The notes: a model not told the origin generated them from the sequence alone. Positions 24,765 to 39,043 are shown, counted from the first letter of the stretch. The stretch is 64,000 nucleotides of DNA from Tubiluchus corallicola (GCA_030141605.1 JAQGDQ010000177.1:380221-444220); one strand, 5' to 3'. Made by a program: numbers and translations.

Positions 24765-26340
24765 GACTACTAAAAAGTAATAAAAAAGTATTTTCATTGT
24801 GGGTTTCAAAGGTCGCGAGCTCGCTATTAAAATGGGCTTGAATAGGATAACTTAGAGATCAGTAACCTATGTAACCTCAACGGACGCTTAATTTTTTAAC
24901 GCATTATTATGATTACACAAAGAATTGATAGCTATTTTTAAACAAAAGAGACTTTTAAGTCAAATAACCTTCCATTTTCGACGAATTACGAACACGTGCA
25001 TTGCCGTAAAGATCGCCATGTTTCATGTCTTTAGCGCGAGTGAGCAGAATGGCGTACGTAATACAGAAAGAGTCTTTGGTTACCAATGTTTGTTTACCGA
25101 TCTTTGGAGCCCTTGTGACTATATTCATAACGTCATTTGTCTCCCGCTACAGAAAATGGCGGTTTTTCAAATGTAATACCACTAACAACGAAGTGATTAA
25201 AAAATGAAAAGAAACAAGCTTTAGAGTAAGTTTATTATAAAATAAATTGAAATTCGTAATGAGAGTAGTACTTTAAGTTGTAAAAGCTTAAGTTATAGAG
25301 AGGGTTTTGTTTGGCTTTAATTATATATCTCGCAATAAGGTGATTTGCCACAATTCTTCTCCTGGTTTGTCAAGCTGAGTGTTTTTGAGCTGAAATTATT
25401 GATTTCCCTTATTGGTATGACTGTCACATACAGATTAATTAGAGACTAGAAACACATATAATCAAAGGCGTTTCGCTGGCTGAGTGTGATTACACGTGAT
25501 TGTGTGTTAGCTACGCTAGTAATTACATAATGACGCTCATTTTTCTAGGTGACCTAGTCTGATGGTAAAACACCAGTAAACATAATAGCCTTCTCACACT
25601 GAAGCGGTCATCAAAATGACTTACTATAATGTTTGTTTGAAAATGAAAATATAAAAAACATCGAGACGAATCTAAACTTTCCCGTCCATTCTGCTTCACA
25701 CACACTCACAGTTATTAGCTGACGCCGTCCTACAACAGTGTTACAAGTGCTGCCATGTACAAGTGACAATGCATACCTTAAACTCACATAAGTAGGCTTG
25801 TGGATAGAAACTTGCACATTTAAACCTAGTTTGCCATATTATCTAGATTTACTTAACCTTGTATACGTATACGGGATACCAATTAATTAAAGATTCATAA
25901 ATGAGCTGACTAAATGTCACAAGTCTGTACTTGTAGTCACTTTGTGAAATCAATGCAGTGTCTATGTCTTTTTCTTAATGTTCACGCCAGGCAATAATTA
26001 CGATACGCTAAAGAGTTCAGCATCTAGCGATTGGCTTCCAACGACCAGTGTCTATGGTTCACAAGGTAATAACTCTACAACAAACTTCTGGCGTCCAATC
26101 TCTATTATTCTTCACAGAAAAACATACTGTACGTTATCAAATATATTTTTGCAGTGCCTTCTTTTTTACATTATTTATACGTATAGTAATTCGCAAGCCC
26201 ATTACTCATTGGCTGGTTGAGGAACAGTCGCTGGACGCAGGACCCCAGACACTCAAAAAAATAGGAACAGCCTCCAGAGTCCGCTGGCAAAATCTTTGGT
26301 TTCGTCTCCCGTTATACAATATACGCGTTGTTTCTCAATT

Positions 26341-26410
26341 CCGGACGCTGGACGCTAAACGCGGACCCCGGACGCTGGACGCTAAACGCGGACCCCGGAC
26401 GTTAGATGCT
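26341..26410. repeat. 27-bp GC-rich tandem repeat (about 2.5 units)
   Basis: CCGGACGCTGGACGCTAAACGCGGACC twice plus a partial unit; degenerate unit near 26228-26251. Confidence 0.9.
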
Positions 26411-27619
26411 TTGGTATACTACATGCTTAACACGGCTTTGGCTCGTTCAACTTGCTTAGACAGAAGTATGACAGAAAGAATTTACTAAACAGGATTTTGC
26501 CATTAAGTGAAAATGTTTTTTCCTTAAAGGTCAAAATGCACAATGATTTTAGCGAATGTTGTCTGATAATCCGTTTCCCGTTCTCAACAACAGATCACTG
26601 CTTATGATAATGTTTGTGGCAGGAATGGAACATTATTCGTTATCAATGATAATTCTCTAACTTAGCATATTATTAAACCATCAGAGGTGCCTTAGAAACT
26701 TTCAATCAGACGGGTGATAAATGTAAGTGAACAAATATAGCTTTCCTCTGTCTTCACCACACCGTTTATTAACTGGACTCGGCAGTACTTAACTTTCGTA
26801 GCCAAGCACCATGTAGCTGTTCGCCTTTTCGTAAATAGTAATACATGCTATCAAAATGGTTTTAGAGGTGTTTTATTAGTATGGTTTTTGTATAAACGAG
26901 ATCATTGATAATTTTTCCCTCATTTTAATCAACGGGCTTAGACAATTCCATTAAATTTGTTAGTTTACAGTAACAGAGTCACTCGAGTTTGTCATCCATC
27001 CAACTACCTCCTATAGCCCGCGATGCTCAACTAACGTTAATTAAGCTGGTACAATTAATTATTAAACTTAATAGTTCTTGTATTCACGATGAAGTTCCGT
27101 AATTTCTTCTTCTAATCTGAAAAACTCGGTTTCTTTCAAGAAATACTTGCTCGTTGTAATTGAGAAGCTAGAAAGATTCAAACTAAGTAACCAAGGGCAT
27201 TCTGTTTCTTAACTTAAGCGCATCTTTGAACAAGGAGCAGAAGGAAATTACTTTCCAGACGTTTAGACACGCACAATGTGTTTGCACTGATGTCTACTTG
27301 ACTTTTAATGTGGCTGGTGCTAATAATTCATCGTAGGGAAAGTGTTAAAATGTGGAGAAGCGAGAAAACGATGGTAAAGCATGAAATGCCACAGATCGCT
27401 TAAGTACTGCTTCGTTTTGTGCATATTTAATGAGTTATAGAAATTCAAAAATCATTTTGTGATGTTAATGCAATGATGTATTTTCTGCTACATGTCTGCA
27501 TATAAGTTTAAACCGAAATTTTAATCATTGATTAACTAACATTAGTATTTTAGGTCTTTAAAACATTTTTTCATATTTTGTTCAGTCATTTATAACGTTT
27601 CTCTGTATATATTGTGCAA

Positions 27620-28170
27620 TCGTTTTTTTCCTATGTCGAGAACTTCGCCTGTTCTTGTTTTGCTTTGATTTTTCTCATCTTTTTTCTCTCCCATATTCTT
27701 TTACTTCTTCATTTTTCGTTTTTTTCTTGTTTTTTACCTTGTCCTTTTTCTTTCTTATTTTTCGTTTTCGCTTTCCACATTCTCTTCTTTTATTTCCTTT
27801 TCCAGCTCCTACATTATTTTTCGTCTTTCTTCATCATTTTCACGTCCTTTTGTTCTTCTCCTTGTTGTCATTGATGTTTCTTTGGTTTTCTTCGTTTTCT
27901 CCTTTTTTCCTCTTTTGTTGTAATTTAGTCTCTTCTTTCATACTGGTTTTACTTCTCATTCGCGTCACCACTCTCTTTCTGTTCCAATGAATGTTCTCCT
28001 CTGCACTGTCGTTTTATTCTCTACTTCTATTTTTCCTTTCTCCTCCTCTCTGCAGGTTTTTTGCTGTCTTTTTCTTTTTCTATTTCTTTCTTTGTTTTTT
28101 CTTTTCGTCTTCTTTTCTTCCTTTTCATTATCATCTCTTGTTCTTTCTTTTACCTTTTTTGTACTGTTTC
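27620..28170. repeat. T/C-rich low-complexity tract
   Basis: Strongly pyrimidine-biased; gives F/L/S-rich spurious ORFs. Confidence 0.8.
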
Positions 28171-28235
28171 ATTTAATTCCCTTCCTTGCGTCCGAGTTCT
28201 CAATTTTTGTAACCCATTGGATTTTTTTACTGTAG

Positions 28236-28581
<346 letters not shown>

Positions 28582-30064
28582 TACGCTAATGTTTTATCAA
28601 TACTCATTCTATTCACTGCATTTGCCCTTATTATTATCTTTATTCTTTTCATAGTTTTCCTATGTATTTTAGTTTTTGCTCTTTTATTTCATTTTGTCAT
28701 ATTATTACTTCTTATGCTGTTTTAAAAAAATGTAGGACACAAAGACGTAGGCCTACTCATTGCAAGATGTTTCTTCATATACTTGACCGCCAAACCCTAG
28801 CGACAATTCCACTGAGATTATGCAACCTTATGGCTTATTAGTGGTTTTAATTTGCTCTGGTGTCACATGTCAGTCACGTGTCATTACATTTCAGGGCTTT
28901 CCTATTATTACTAATAAAGGGTTTATCCTCCAAAGATTTACTGTTTGATAGATGACGTTAAGGCTTTCGTATCTTGGTTGTCACTCCTATGGACATTAAA
29001 GGGCATCATTCACTCATACTGTTAGAATGTGACTTAAAGACGGCGCAAGTAACTAGACCACGAAATGTCAACAGTATATCATTACATAATAGCTAATAAT
29101 ACCAACAATACATTTTAGGGTTTCTGGTTTGTGATCATTTACATCATTCACTTAATTGTTACAAATGCAGTCCTCCCCCATATTAACAACAAGGATGTTG
29201 GTTGGAGGGGGCAAAATATAGCTGAGCGGTCATGGTACGTGTTTAGCTACTAAAGTTAGGGACATCCAACCTGTTAAACAAATGGATAGATGATTATTAG
29301 GGCCACTTCGTCTGGTGCGTTCAACCAAATGGCGTTTACTTAGCATCCGAAATACGTATACGTTATCCGCGTGCGGAATGACTGTGTATAAAAAGTCCAT
29401 TGTAAATAGCTGCAGAAAAAAGTAACGCACAACGCAGGCCCGATAAACGAGTGCACTTAAAACTATTTCGCATCCGCATAACGCATACGCATTCGGCATG
29501 TCTGGTAAACGCCACTTAAATGAAAGGCCGCTCTCTTTTGTTTAGGACGTACACGCAGTTACGCATCCTTTGACAGGTTGGTGCCTTTTCTTAAAAGATG
29601 ATAATGAGCTAGGTGTCTGTATCTCCACAATCACTTACCCGGGGTAGGCCTTGCATTGAGTTCAGCTTTATTTCAGTCTGTAGAATTTTGGACTGCATAA
29701 AACAGAAAAAGACAATTTTAATGACATCTTGCGATTATAATATTGCTGTACGCTACGTGACCTTTTCAACTTCTGTCATCTTCACTGCAGCAAAATCACT
29801 GCAAACTCGACGATGTTTTTGAATATCCCAAAGACCCTCTCTTTCTGTAGTATTTAAATGAGAGTTAACCGCATTGTACTTTGATATGTGCACAGCTTCA
29901 CTGATTTCTCCACTGCTTCCGGGTATCCAATAAAACGTTGAGTATTGCTTTTTATTTTCCACAGCAATATCTGTTTCTCTTTGCTCTTTCTTTTGATCTG
30001 TCCGCTCCTTTTCTCACCATCTCTTCGTCATTGATGCCGAATTTCTCTTTCCGTAGTGTTTCTG

Positions 30065-30452
30065 TCATCATTATTATTCATCATCATCATCATCATCGTC
30101 GTCGTCGTCGTCGTCGTTGTCGTTTTCGTCATCATCAACATCATCAATATTATCATTGCCATCATCTTCATCATCGTTATCATTATCATCGTCATCATCA
30201 TCATCATCTCAGCATCACCAAATCCACCACCATCACTACTACCATCATTGCCATCATCATCATTACTTATTATTGTTGTTATTGTCAGTTTGTTATCATA
30301 ATTTATCATTGTTAATTATTGTTAGTTAATGTCGTCTTCACCGTCACCAATATCATCGTCATCGTCACCACCACCAACACCAACACCACTTATCATCATC
30401 GTTATTATCATCATAGTCATCATCATCACCGTCGTCGTCGTCGTCGTCGTCA
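30065..30452. repeat. (TCA/TCG/CAC)n degenerate microsatellite
   Basis: Visible directly. Confidence 0.9.
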
Positions 30453-30977
30453 CATTGTATTCCGTTTTGTCACTTTGTTAACACTGTCCATTTTATAAAG
30501 GCCATTAGATTTACTCAGCTGCAGACCACTTTCACTCATAAATGTAATTCTGCTCGATTACTGGCCACTTACACTTAACAAAGCTGCCAGGCTTTGTTCT
30601 ATTAATCGCCTTTCGGTTTGCTTCTTTCTCTAAAACACAGCCTAGCATAATACTATATCGACCAATCAGTTTCCCTAATTGGTCGCTATTACAAGTTAAT
30701 GTACACATTTGAAGAAGAATGTTGCCAGTTTCTGGCCAAAATCTAATTTTGTTTATCAGATTATAATGCATGTGTGTAAACTGCACTTACCAAGAAGACG
30801 TTTTCAATATTCGAGAAAATTGTCAAAATATTCTTCAGTTTCCAAACGAAATTTGTTTGAGTTGCTTGAACATAATTATAGGAAGCTGATGATAATGTGA
30901 AGCTGTTCTTGAGGGCGCTAAGTTCAAGAACACAAAACAGAAGATTAAGTACGCCTAATAGCAGGGATGCTTATGAG

Positions 30978-31090
30978 AACGATGACGGCGATGATGATTA
31001 TGACAATGATGATGATGTTGATGATGATGATGATGATGAATGAATGAATGATGATAACAACAATGCAAACGATGACGACAATGGTGATAT

Positions 31091-31121
<31 letters not shown>

Positions 31122-31122
31122 C

Positions 31123-31186
<64 letters not shown>

Positions 31187-31260
31187 CAATGACGAGGATG
31201 ACAACAGTAATGACAATGATAGCGAAGGGAATGACGACAGTGAATGGTGACGGTGGTAAT
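30978..31260. repeat. (GAT)n microsatellite
   Basis: Visible directly. Confidence 0.9.
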
Positions 31261-32186
31261 AATTTTGCATAATTTGCTGCAAAACTGGACCACTCTGACC
31301 AAGTCACCCAGGGCTTAAAAACAGGACCAAACACTAATGTCGAATGGTTAATGAGGGACCTTCATTACTATGAGGACTCTTGTGAGGTGAAGCACTAAAC
31401 TGGAAGATGTTCATGTAGCACGTGTATGTGAGAGACCGGAAGCAGTACATCACAAACTTACGTTGACAATGATAATGATTAGCTAATTTTTTTCAGTTTA
31501 TTCGATCGTTTTATTACCTTCAAATTAAACTGATTTTCGTTGCTTTTTGGCGTTCAAAACTACCTTTTCCAACATAACTTTGTTTGCTCCGTGTTCTGGG
31601 AATTGCATCTTGAAACGTAATTCCGCATCCTCCTAGACAAGTAAAAATCCACAAGTGATTCTTTAAAATTTGATGCGAGCGAAGAGTATTCGATAGAGCA
31701 GCAACCCTGGAGAAAACTTAAACAAACGGAGGTTTTGGACACAATTGAAAGAGCTATGTGAATTTTGCTTTTAACTGCTACTTACCCTTTTCTTTTTGTT
31801 TTTCGAAAGCATGATGTCACTGAGCCAGAGTCTCTCTTACAGTCCCTCTTCTGTCTCTAAGAAGGTCTTGTTACCGAGAAGTGCATAGCTCTCTATCATT
31901 GCTGTACACGAGAATGCCTTGTTATCTCTGATTTGATTTATTTTACAGTTTACGTTGAGTAAATTATGATGATTTCAGTAAAATACGAAGACGTATACAG
32001 ACACTTGTGTGCAAAATTGCGTTTCGTAATTGCTTCAGCATCTTGTTATGCAAGTGGAAGGTTTCTGTGGCTTCAGATGCACAAATAAGCCAGTGCTTAT
32101 CTGTCTGTTTGTAAATTTCTCATTTATTCGTTCGCTCATTTATTGATTCAAACATACTTTCATGTATTTTTTCGTTCGCTGGTTTG

Positions 32187-32448
<262 letters not shown>

Positions 32449-34640
32449 CTGTAAGTAATTTTATTTCAAACATAAAACATATTTGCAGCAAAAAAATTGA
32501 ATTTATAAAAAATATAAGATTAAATTAATAACATAAATGCTTACAAATGAGAATTTTTATTAAAATACAGCGAACCACCTGTACGATGTTGATTCCCAAA
32601 ACTTACGTATATTTGATGCAACCATTTAACCATTTAATTTGGTGTAATCATTCATTCATGGATTCATTCAATCATTTATTTTTTAATCTGTTTAGCCGTT
32701 ATTCCATCATTTTCTTCATTCATTCATTCGTTCGTTCATTCATTCATTCATTCATTCATTCATTCATGACCATTTAAAACCAGTGACATGCCCAAAGTTC
32801 TTCCAACTCATACAAAGATTTGCTATCTTTCTTACCGTTCAAAAAAAATTACATCTACCAGCTGCGATCTTCATTATTTACACACACGGCTCTTTCTTCT
32901 GGATTAAAGCAGCTATTATTTATGAATCTCAAAGTAAACAACTTGCGCTTACTTTTCGTTACTTGTGACGTCATCCAGGAAGCCATTCGCACCCCCGCGC
33001 CTGGTAGAAGAGCTTCGTTCCTCAACAAGCATATTGGGTTCCTCTAGAAACAAGCGTCAAGCGCATCCGTGTTTACTAAATAAATAATAATTATTTAGTT
33101 ACCTCTCTCATCCTTGCTTTCTAAGTAAATAATGTCATTATTTAGCACCCACTCTTTTTAACTTAATGGGAAAAACATGGACTTCTGATGAATAAGAGCC
33201 GGGGTTAGATAACAGATGTGAGAAAAAAATTAGCTGCTTTTTTAACATCTTTTCGTGTTTAGAGCGAAAGATCATATGAAAAGACACCAGATATCTTTAT
33301 TAGGTCTAAATTAGGTAAATCTTTCTTCATACTATTACTAGTGCTATTACTGTAAGCAAGAAATTCTTGGATTTTCATCTTATAAATCAGATTTTGATTG
33401 TCCAATGTGCATTTCGAAAGAGTGTTGTGCTTTATCTTCAGATGTCTAGAAGCAATTCAGCAATACTCTCACCTTATTTTACAAATTCAGTGAAACATCG
33501 TAATTAAACTTTAAAAACGAATAAATTTTTCATTTTAATTTGGAAATATACAAATTTTGTTGGCGAAACTTGATTATAAAGCTTCCCTAAAGTAGTTTCA
33601 CAGTTTTATAGCTACATGAAATTGTTTTCCATCCGACACACAAATGACGTAACGTACACTCACAGGCCACAACCAGGCCAGAACATGGGCGTGAGAGCCA
33701 GGGGGGCTAGCATGAGCCTACGATTTGGGAGGGAGGGGCAGTAGAGGCAAAGGAAGACCTCTGGTAAAGATAATTTGTATTGTAAAGAGAGTCTAGCATG
33801 ATCCGTTTGCTTAATTGTTCAGCCCACAGTGCTTCAAGAACATTTGAATGGTTTAGTCATTTTGAATTTCGACAAGGTAAAGTTGCTTAATTGATTTTTC
33901 TGATATGATCGTCTGAAGAATTTTCTCAAAAACGCACGCGAAGCAGTTCTTGACGTGAAGCGGTGATGACTACTTCTGACTTGAAATTCCCGAATAGCCC
34001 AAACAGAGAATAAATGTGAGTGTTCTATTGTCTTTACTGTATCAGTGCTTCAACTTGCCGCATTTACTTTATTTTTATCAGTTTTTATCAAACTCTGTAA
34101 ACTCTATTGTATTTTACGTATTGTAAGATTGCTTGCCCCCAGCCCATTTAAATTTTCATGTAAATCTGTTTATAAAGTACAAGTTTATGTGTTAAAACAG
34201 ATTTAAAATTGGGCCTAAATTTCCCATCTGCCTTTGGCCCATGTCCAATTTGGCACAACCCTTGATCAAAAATGCAGCTGATTATTCACGTAGGGTTTTT
34301 GCAGTGTAACAGCTGCCTTTCACTGGCTAATATATTTTCTTTAATTACCTCCGCCAGGAGTTGGCAAGGAGGTCATAACTCACCCGTGTCAATTAGCGTT
34401 TTGCAGCAGAAATCTTTAGCGTCCATCCATTTCTTTCACACTTCACTTTTGGTCTTGGACGTGAGCCTTGGAGAGTTCAAGAGTTTATCTACAACCATAC
34501 CCAGTCAAATTTGCACAAACCAAGCAGCAGAATCTATGGTATTAGGTCCGACTTTGTTTTTTAAGTGTTGAACTTTAGATAAGTCTTCTGCATTTCTTGG
34601 TTGTCAAACTTCTGCAACAGAATTAAGAACAGAAGTTTGA

Positions 34641-34960
34641 AATCCCAGTTTACAAGCGTATAAAGACTTCTACACAATCCTGTTTTTATATAAATACATC
34701 AACAATATTAACACGCCCTTCTTCAAAAATACGCTTCCAGTGCTCTTGGAGCCAACATTAAATCCCAGAACACACAATATTAAAGAAACACGCATTAATA
34801 ACAAATACGGCAAAAATTCTTTCACTAAACAAGTAGTTCAAAACTGGAACGCCTTGCCATCAAATTTAAAACAAATCAAGTCTTTCTACGAGTTCAAATC
34901 AGAATTAAAAATACGTACATTAAATCGCTTGAAAACCCTACATAAGTTAAGGATAAAATA
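34641..34960 (+). mobile_element. 3' fragment of a CR1/L2-group LINE ORF2
   Basis: Translates to LFLYKYINN...RINNKYGKNSFTKQVVQNWNALPSNLKQIKSFYEFKSELK, matching the C-terminal YG..SF...WN.LP......S...FK..LK pattern of CR1/L2/Crack/Daphne ORF2. Followed by an AT-rich 3' UTR. Confidence 0.75.
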
Positions 34961-35193
34961 TATATTCATCTGCAAATTTTATTTACCCACGTCCATTTTA
35001 AATTGTATGTATATATTGTATATAGTCTATATCAAAATTTACGTGTAACATTGTAATATATATTTTGTTTAGAATTTTTGGCACAGTAGGTTTTAGTTTG
35101 CGCACTGGACACATTTGCCTCTAACAGTTGTGTGAATTTATACGCTTTTGTGCTTATGAATATCGATTTTTTTATTGGTAATATATAATATAT

Positions 35194-35400
35194 CTACCAG
35201 GCGGATTGGTGAGAAAGGTGACTTTTCTCTCACCTTTCTCACCAGGGTTGTCAGCTGGTGAACCATTTCTTCTTGGTTCACCATGCGTTTCTTGAGCATA
35301 AGAGGTCTTTTACGCCAGTGGGTTGCTAGCCCTATTCTAGCCCTACCCTCCCCATTTATCCAGGCTTGGGACCGGCACTGAGTTCAGCTGGATTGTGGAT
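35194..35400 (-). mobile_element. Short non-autonomous retroelement: twister, RTE-like 5' UTR and two hairpins, between (TA)n runs
   Basis: After the twister comes GGGCTAGCAACCCACTGGCGTAAAA...GAAAC (RTE 5'-UTR-like), then perfect hairpins at 35256-35283 and 35207-35244. TA-rich runs lie on both sides. Confidence 0.6.
35341..35400 (-). ncRNA. Twister ribozyme motif (type P1)
   Basis: The - strand reads ATCCAC|AA-TCCA-GC-TGAACTCA-GTG-CCGG-TCCCAAGC-CTGG-ATAAA-TGGG-GAGGG-TAGGG. The core TGCCGGTCCCAAGCC(T)GGATAAA...GGAGGG matches the rice Osa-1-4 twister as I recall it. P2 TCCA/TGGG, P4 CCGG/CTGG and both pseudoknots can form. P1 is weak. Confidence 0.85.
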
Positions 35401-36535
35401 ATATATATATTGGATCCAATTCAATGCAATCTTCGATTGTGGCACCCCTTCATCAAGTTTGTCACAACATATTTCGGGTGCCGTACGTACTATAAAAGCA
35501 CTCTCAGCATTAAATAACTACTGAGCTTATTTAAAAAGCATCTTCTTGTCATTGGAATGATATAAAACGTAGAAGCCACATAAAACGCAGATAAAAGTGG
35601 TGAGAGAACCGAACTTTGAGGCAGGCCAATATGACAGTCACGTAGTTTAGCTTTATTAATGTACAGCTTTGCTTAACTTTTATATTTGCTACTACATGTC
35701 TTAGAAAATTGTTGGCTGATTAGATTTTGTGGTGGAATGAGCTATATGTCAGAAAAGAGTTGAATGGATTTTAGTGATGATCGAATGATTTAATGTTTTC
35801 ATTGCTTTTTCGGTTGAAATGTCATAGTTGATTTATAGTTGACCTTTAAGTAGCTGACTTTTGCTTATAGTTAACTGGGGGCAAGTGATAAAATTTAGCA
35901 GTAGTTTAATCAACTTTTGTTTACACATATAGACAAACCTATCAATGCAAATTTCAAGTGGATATGTGCTAATTCCTATAGATGAATCTATTTCTAAATG
36001 AAGCCAAGACAATATTTGCCTACGTAATTCTCACAGTACGTGAAGCTAGGAAAACGGAAATCCTCTGCTGGCCAACCTGTGATGTCTTTAATTAAAAGAT
36101 GTACTTTATTAGGAGATGATTAAGTTGTTGACGTATGTGTTCAATGTACGCGCTCTCACCCTAGACTGTGGCGCAATAGCGATATTCCAGAGCGCTTCCA
36201 CGTCATACCGTGTCACTGTGTTAGTAGCGATATTCTTCTATAATGTAACACATTATTAAGCAAAGACACTCATTTGATACTACTCATAAGTTTATTCACA
36301 TAAATTATCTACGCATTTGATTGTTAGATGCATGATGTAATAGAGCTCGATATCATCACTGTCGGTGTCGCTGTCTTCGTCGTTGTCGTTGTAATCATTT
36401 TGTCTAGACAAAATCTAAAATGTTGTTGACAAATTATAGCTACATTGCTCAGTTTTTTTTTATTAGTTAAGATATCTAATGTCAAAATGCCAAGTAAATT
36501 TTTTATTTTTGTAATTACGATACGTTGACCGCTAT

Positions 36536-36764
36536 GCTTCCTTCGTAAAAACGTGCAACATGTTCGTGGAATATTTTTGCTGTTGAAAATAATGTTAGTT
36601 TGTGATGTCATCAATAGTTGGGCTCGCCCGCCGTTAATTAAGTTTTTAATCTATTATATTATTATCAGAAACCCTTTTGCAGTATTTGCTGTGTTAAAAT
36701 GTAGACTTTTTATCCGACTTGAAAATGAGGTAGTATATGAAAAATCATCCTGTCCTTCTTTTAA
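36536..36764 (-). mobile_element. Family B left-end copy (inverted relative to 13330-13557)
   Basis: The reverse complement aligns with 13330-13557, e.g. TTAATTAACGGCGGG.GAGCCCAACT.TTGATGACATCA. Ends at TTAA 36761-36764. Confidence 0.85.
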
Positions 36765-37246
36765 AGGGGAAAAAACTGAATTTTAAAGTACATCCCCAAA
36801 ATAACTTTCGATACGAAGTCATATCACTCATCATTATGTGTTTGAAAGACCTATGTAACTGGAAAAGAATATTTTAATGACTTGAAATGTTCGCGTTAAC
36901 TGGTAGAACGTCATTGGTTCACTGTCCCAGGCGAACCGGAAAACGTCACTGGTTCACCAATGTTGTTAATCTCACTGGCAAGACAAAATTTTTTATACAT
37001 TTGCTTAGTTAAAGAAGTGTGCGTTACGAATGCTGTGATTATTTTTCCAACTTTAGACAAAGTTATTAAGAACTTTCTTTAACTTTTTATTCAACGATTG
37101 ACCGTTAAAAATGAGATACAGGGAGTTGAAATTCATACAGAGTTGCTGATAGAAGCCGTGTGCTGTAAGATAGTGTGAAGGTGATACAAAAATTTCAAGA
37201 TGGATTTTTTTGTTTTATATAAGTAATATATTTTCTTGTCCTTTAG
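36761..37246 (+). mobile_element. Family C copy beginning TTAA-AGGGG (Kolobok-like end)
   Basis: Begins TTAAAGGGGAAAAAAC and ends TTTTCTTGTCCTTTAG. 36950-37246 is homologous to 14400-14706 and 55801-56103. Confidence 0.55.
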
Positions 37247-37273
37247 CATACGATTGTAACATAACATACCATC

Positions 37274-37641
<368 letters not shown>

Positions 37642-37677
37642 TTCCATATGAGTCCACATAAAATATAATCATAACAT

Positions 37678-38064
37678 CAGGGAGGATTATTCTATAGGCT
37701 ACTATAGGCTGTAGGTTAGGGCCCGGCCAGCTTAGAGGGCCCTCGAGCTTTGGTAAGGTTTGGTAAAAAATTTGCTTTTCACTCCGTCTGTGTTGAAATA
37801 TGTACTAATTTGATTAGCATTACCTAAATAGTAAAATTGTGGCATTTCTTAAATAATATTTTTATTGACAAACGAAGATAGCTATTGTAGTTTATTTAAA
37901 GAATTTGCAATCAGTTTACTTCAAGCTATGGATATGTCGCTAAAATGTATCACGAGCAAATAATATTCAAGACAAGTATGGGTGAGTTAGAGGGTGGCTC
38001 CGTCTCAGAGGGCGCATAATTTTATTAGCCTAACGGGCCCCTAAAGGGTCATGGTCCGGCCCTG
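37678..38064. mobile_element. hAT-superfamily MITE (387 bp)
   Basis: Termini CAGGGAGGATTA and TGGTCCGGCCCTG. Perfect 8-bp TSD CATAACAT at 37670-37677 and 38065-38072. Confidence 0.9.
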
Positions 38065-38942
38065 CATAACATACATAACATTCAGTTGTGTGAACTGAAT
38101 GGCGTATTGGTATAATGACATTATTACATTGATAAAACAACTGATTTAATTACGCTGCACGTCGGAATGAATCAAATGTCGTCAAATACGAAATTCACTG
38201 CAAATTTGAGCATATTTATGCTGAATTATAGATGTGGCGCCCTCAGACAAATTAGGTTGACAAGGTGACTTACGAAATAAACAATATTAGCGTGTTGTAA
38301 AAACAACTAAAATTTTCACTTTCTCTTCGCCAAAATTGAGGTTAACTCTTTTATTGTTATTATTACAGATTAGACGGTAGGCTAATCATACCGGGTGAGT
38401 CGAAAGTAACGACTCGGCGGGCCTGGTGCTTTTGCGAAGCATCGGATAAGTTCACAGACACAAACGAATAAACTAATAGGCAAGTTTTCTGAGTTCGTTT
38501 GGTTGTCATGTACCGAATTTAAATGAAAATAATCGGAACAAAAATTTAAAATTGAAATTTATCGTAGCGGCACTAAATTTTAAGATCCTGCTGTTAATTT
38601 TTAGTAAAATAGGGATTAAATTTCTGTAGTTCTTGAGATTACTGATTGTAACTCTTATGGATTTAAAAATTGAATTGGAACCTAATAATTTGGTATATCA
38701 ATTTATTTGCATTTTTATGTTACTTCACGGGAAACTTGCTGCATTAATAACCTTAATTTTAGCACGCACTTCAATACTTCTTGTTTAATATCACTGTAAG
38801 AAATGTTATACGCACAAATTAGAAAAGCTAATTACATAATCCGTAAACGCAATATTGTAGAATTCACTCTGTATAGTGTCTATGTAAAATTGTATAATGT
38901 TAGTATAGATATTTTTGCCTGCAAAAAGAGGCTAATAAAGAC

Positions 38943-39043
<101 letters not shown>

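Noticed and set aside
22858-24841. + strand ORFs over the RTE
   Set aside because: Antisense shadows of the RT coding strand.
33400-33450. - strand CTGAAGA-TAAAG...CTTTC-GAAATGCA hammerhead-like string (similar case at 7525-7575)
   Set aside because: No stem I complement and no proper UH cleavage site.
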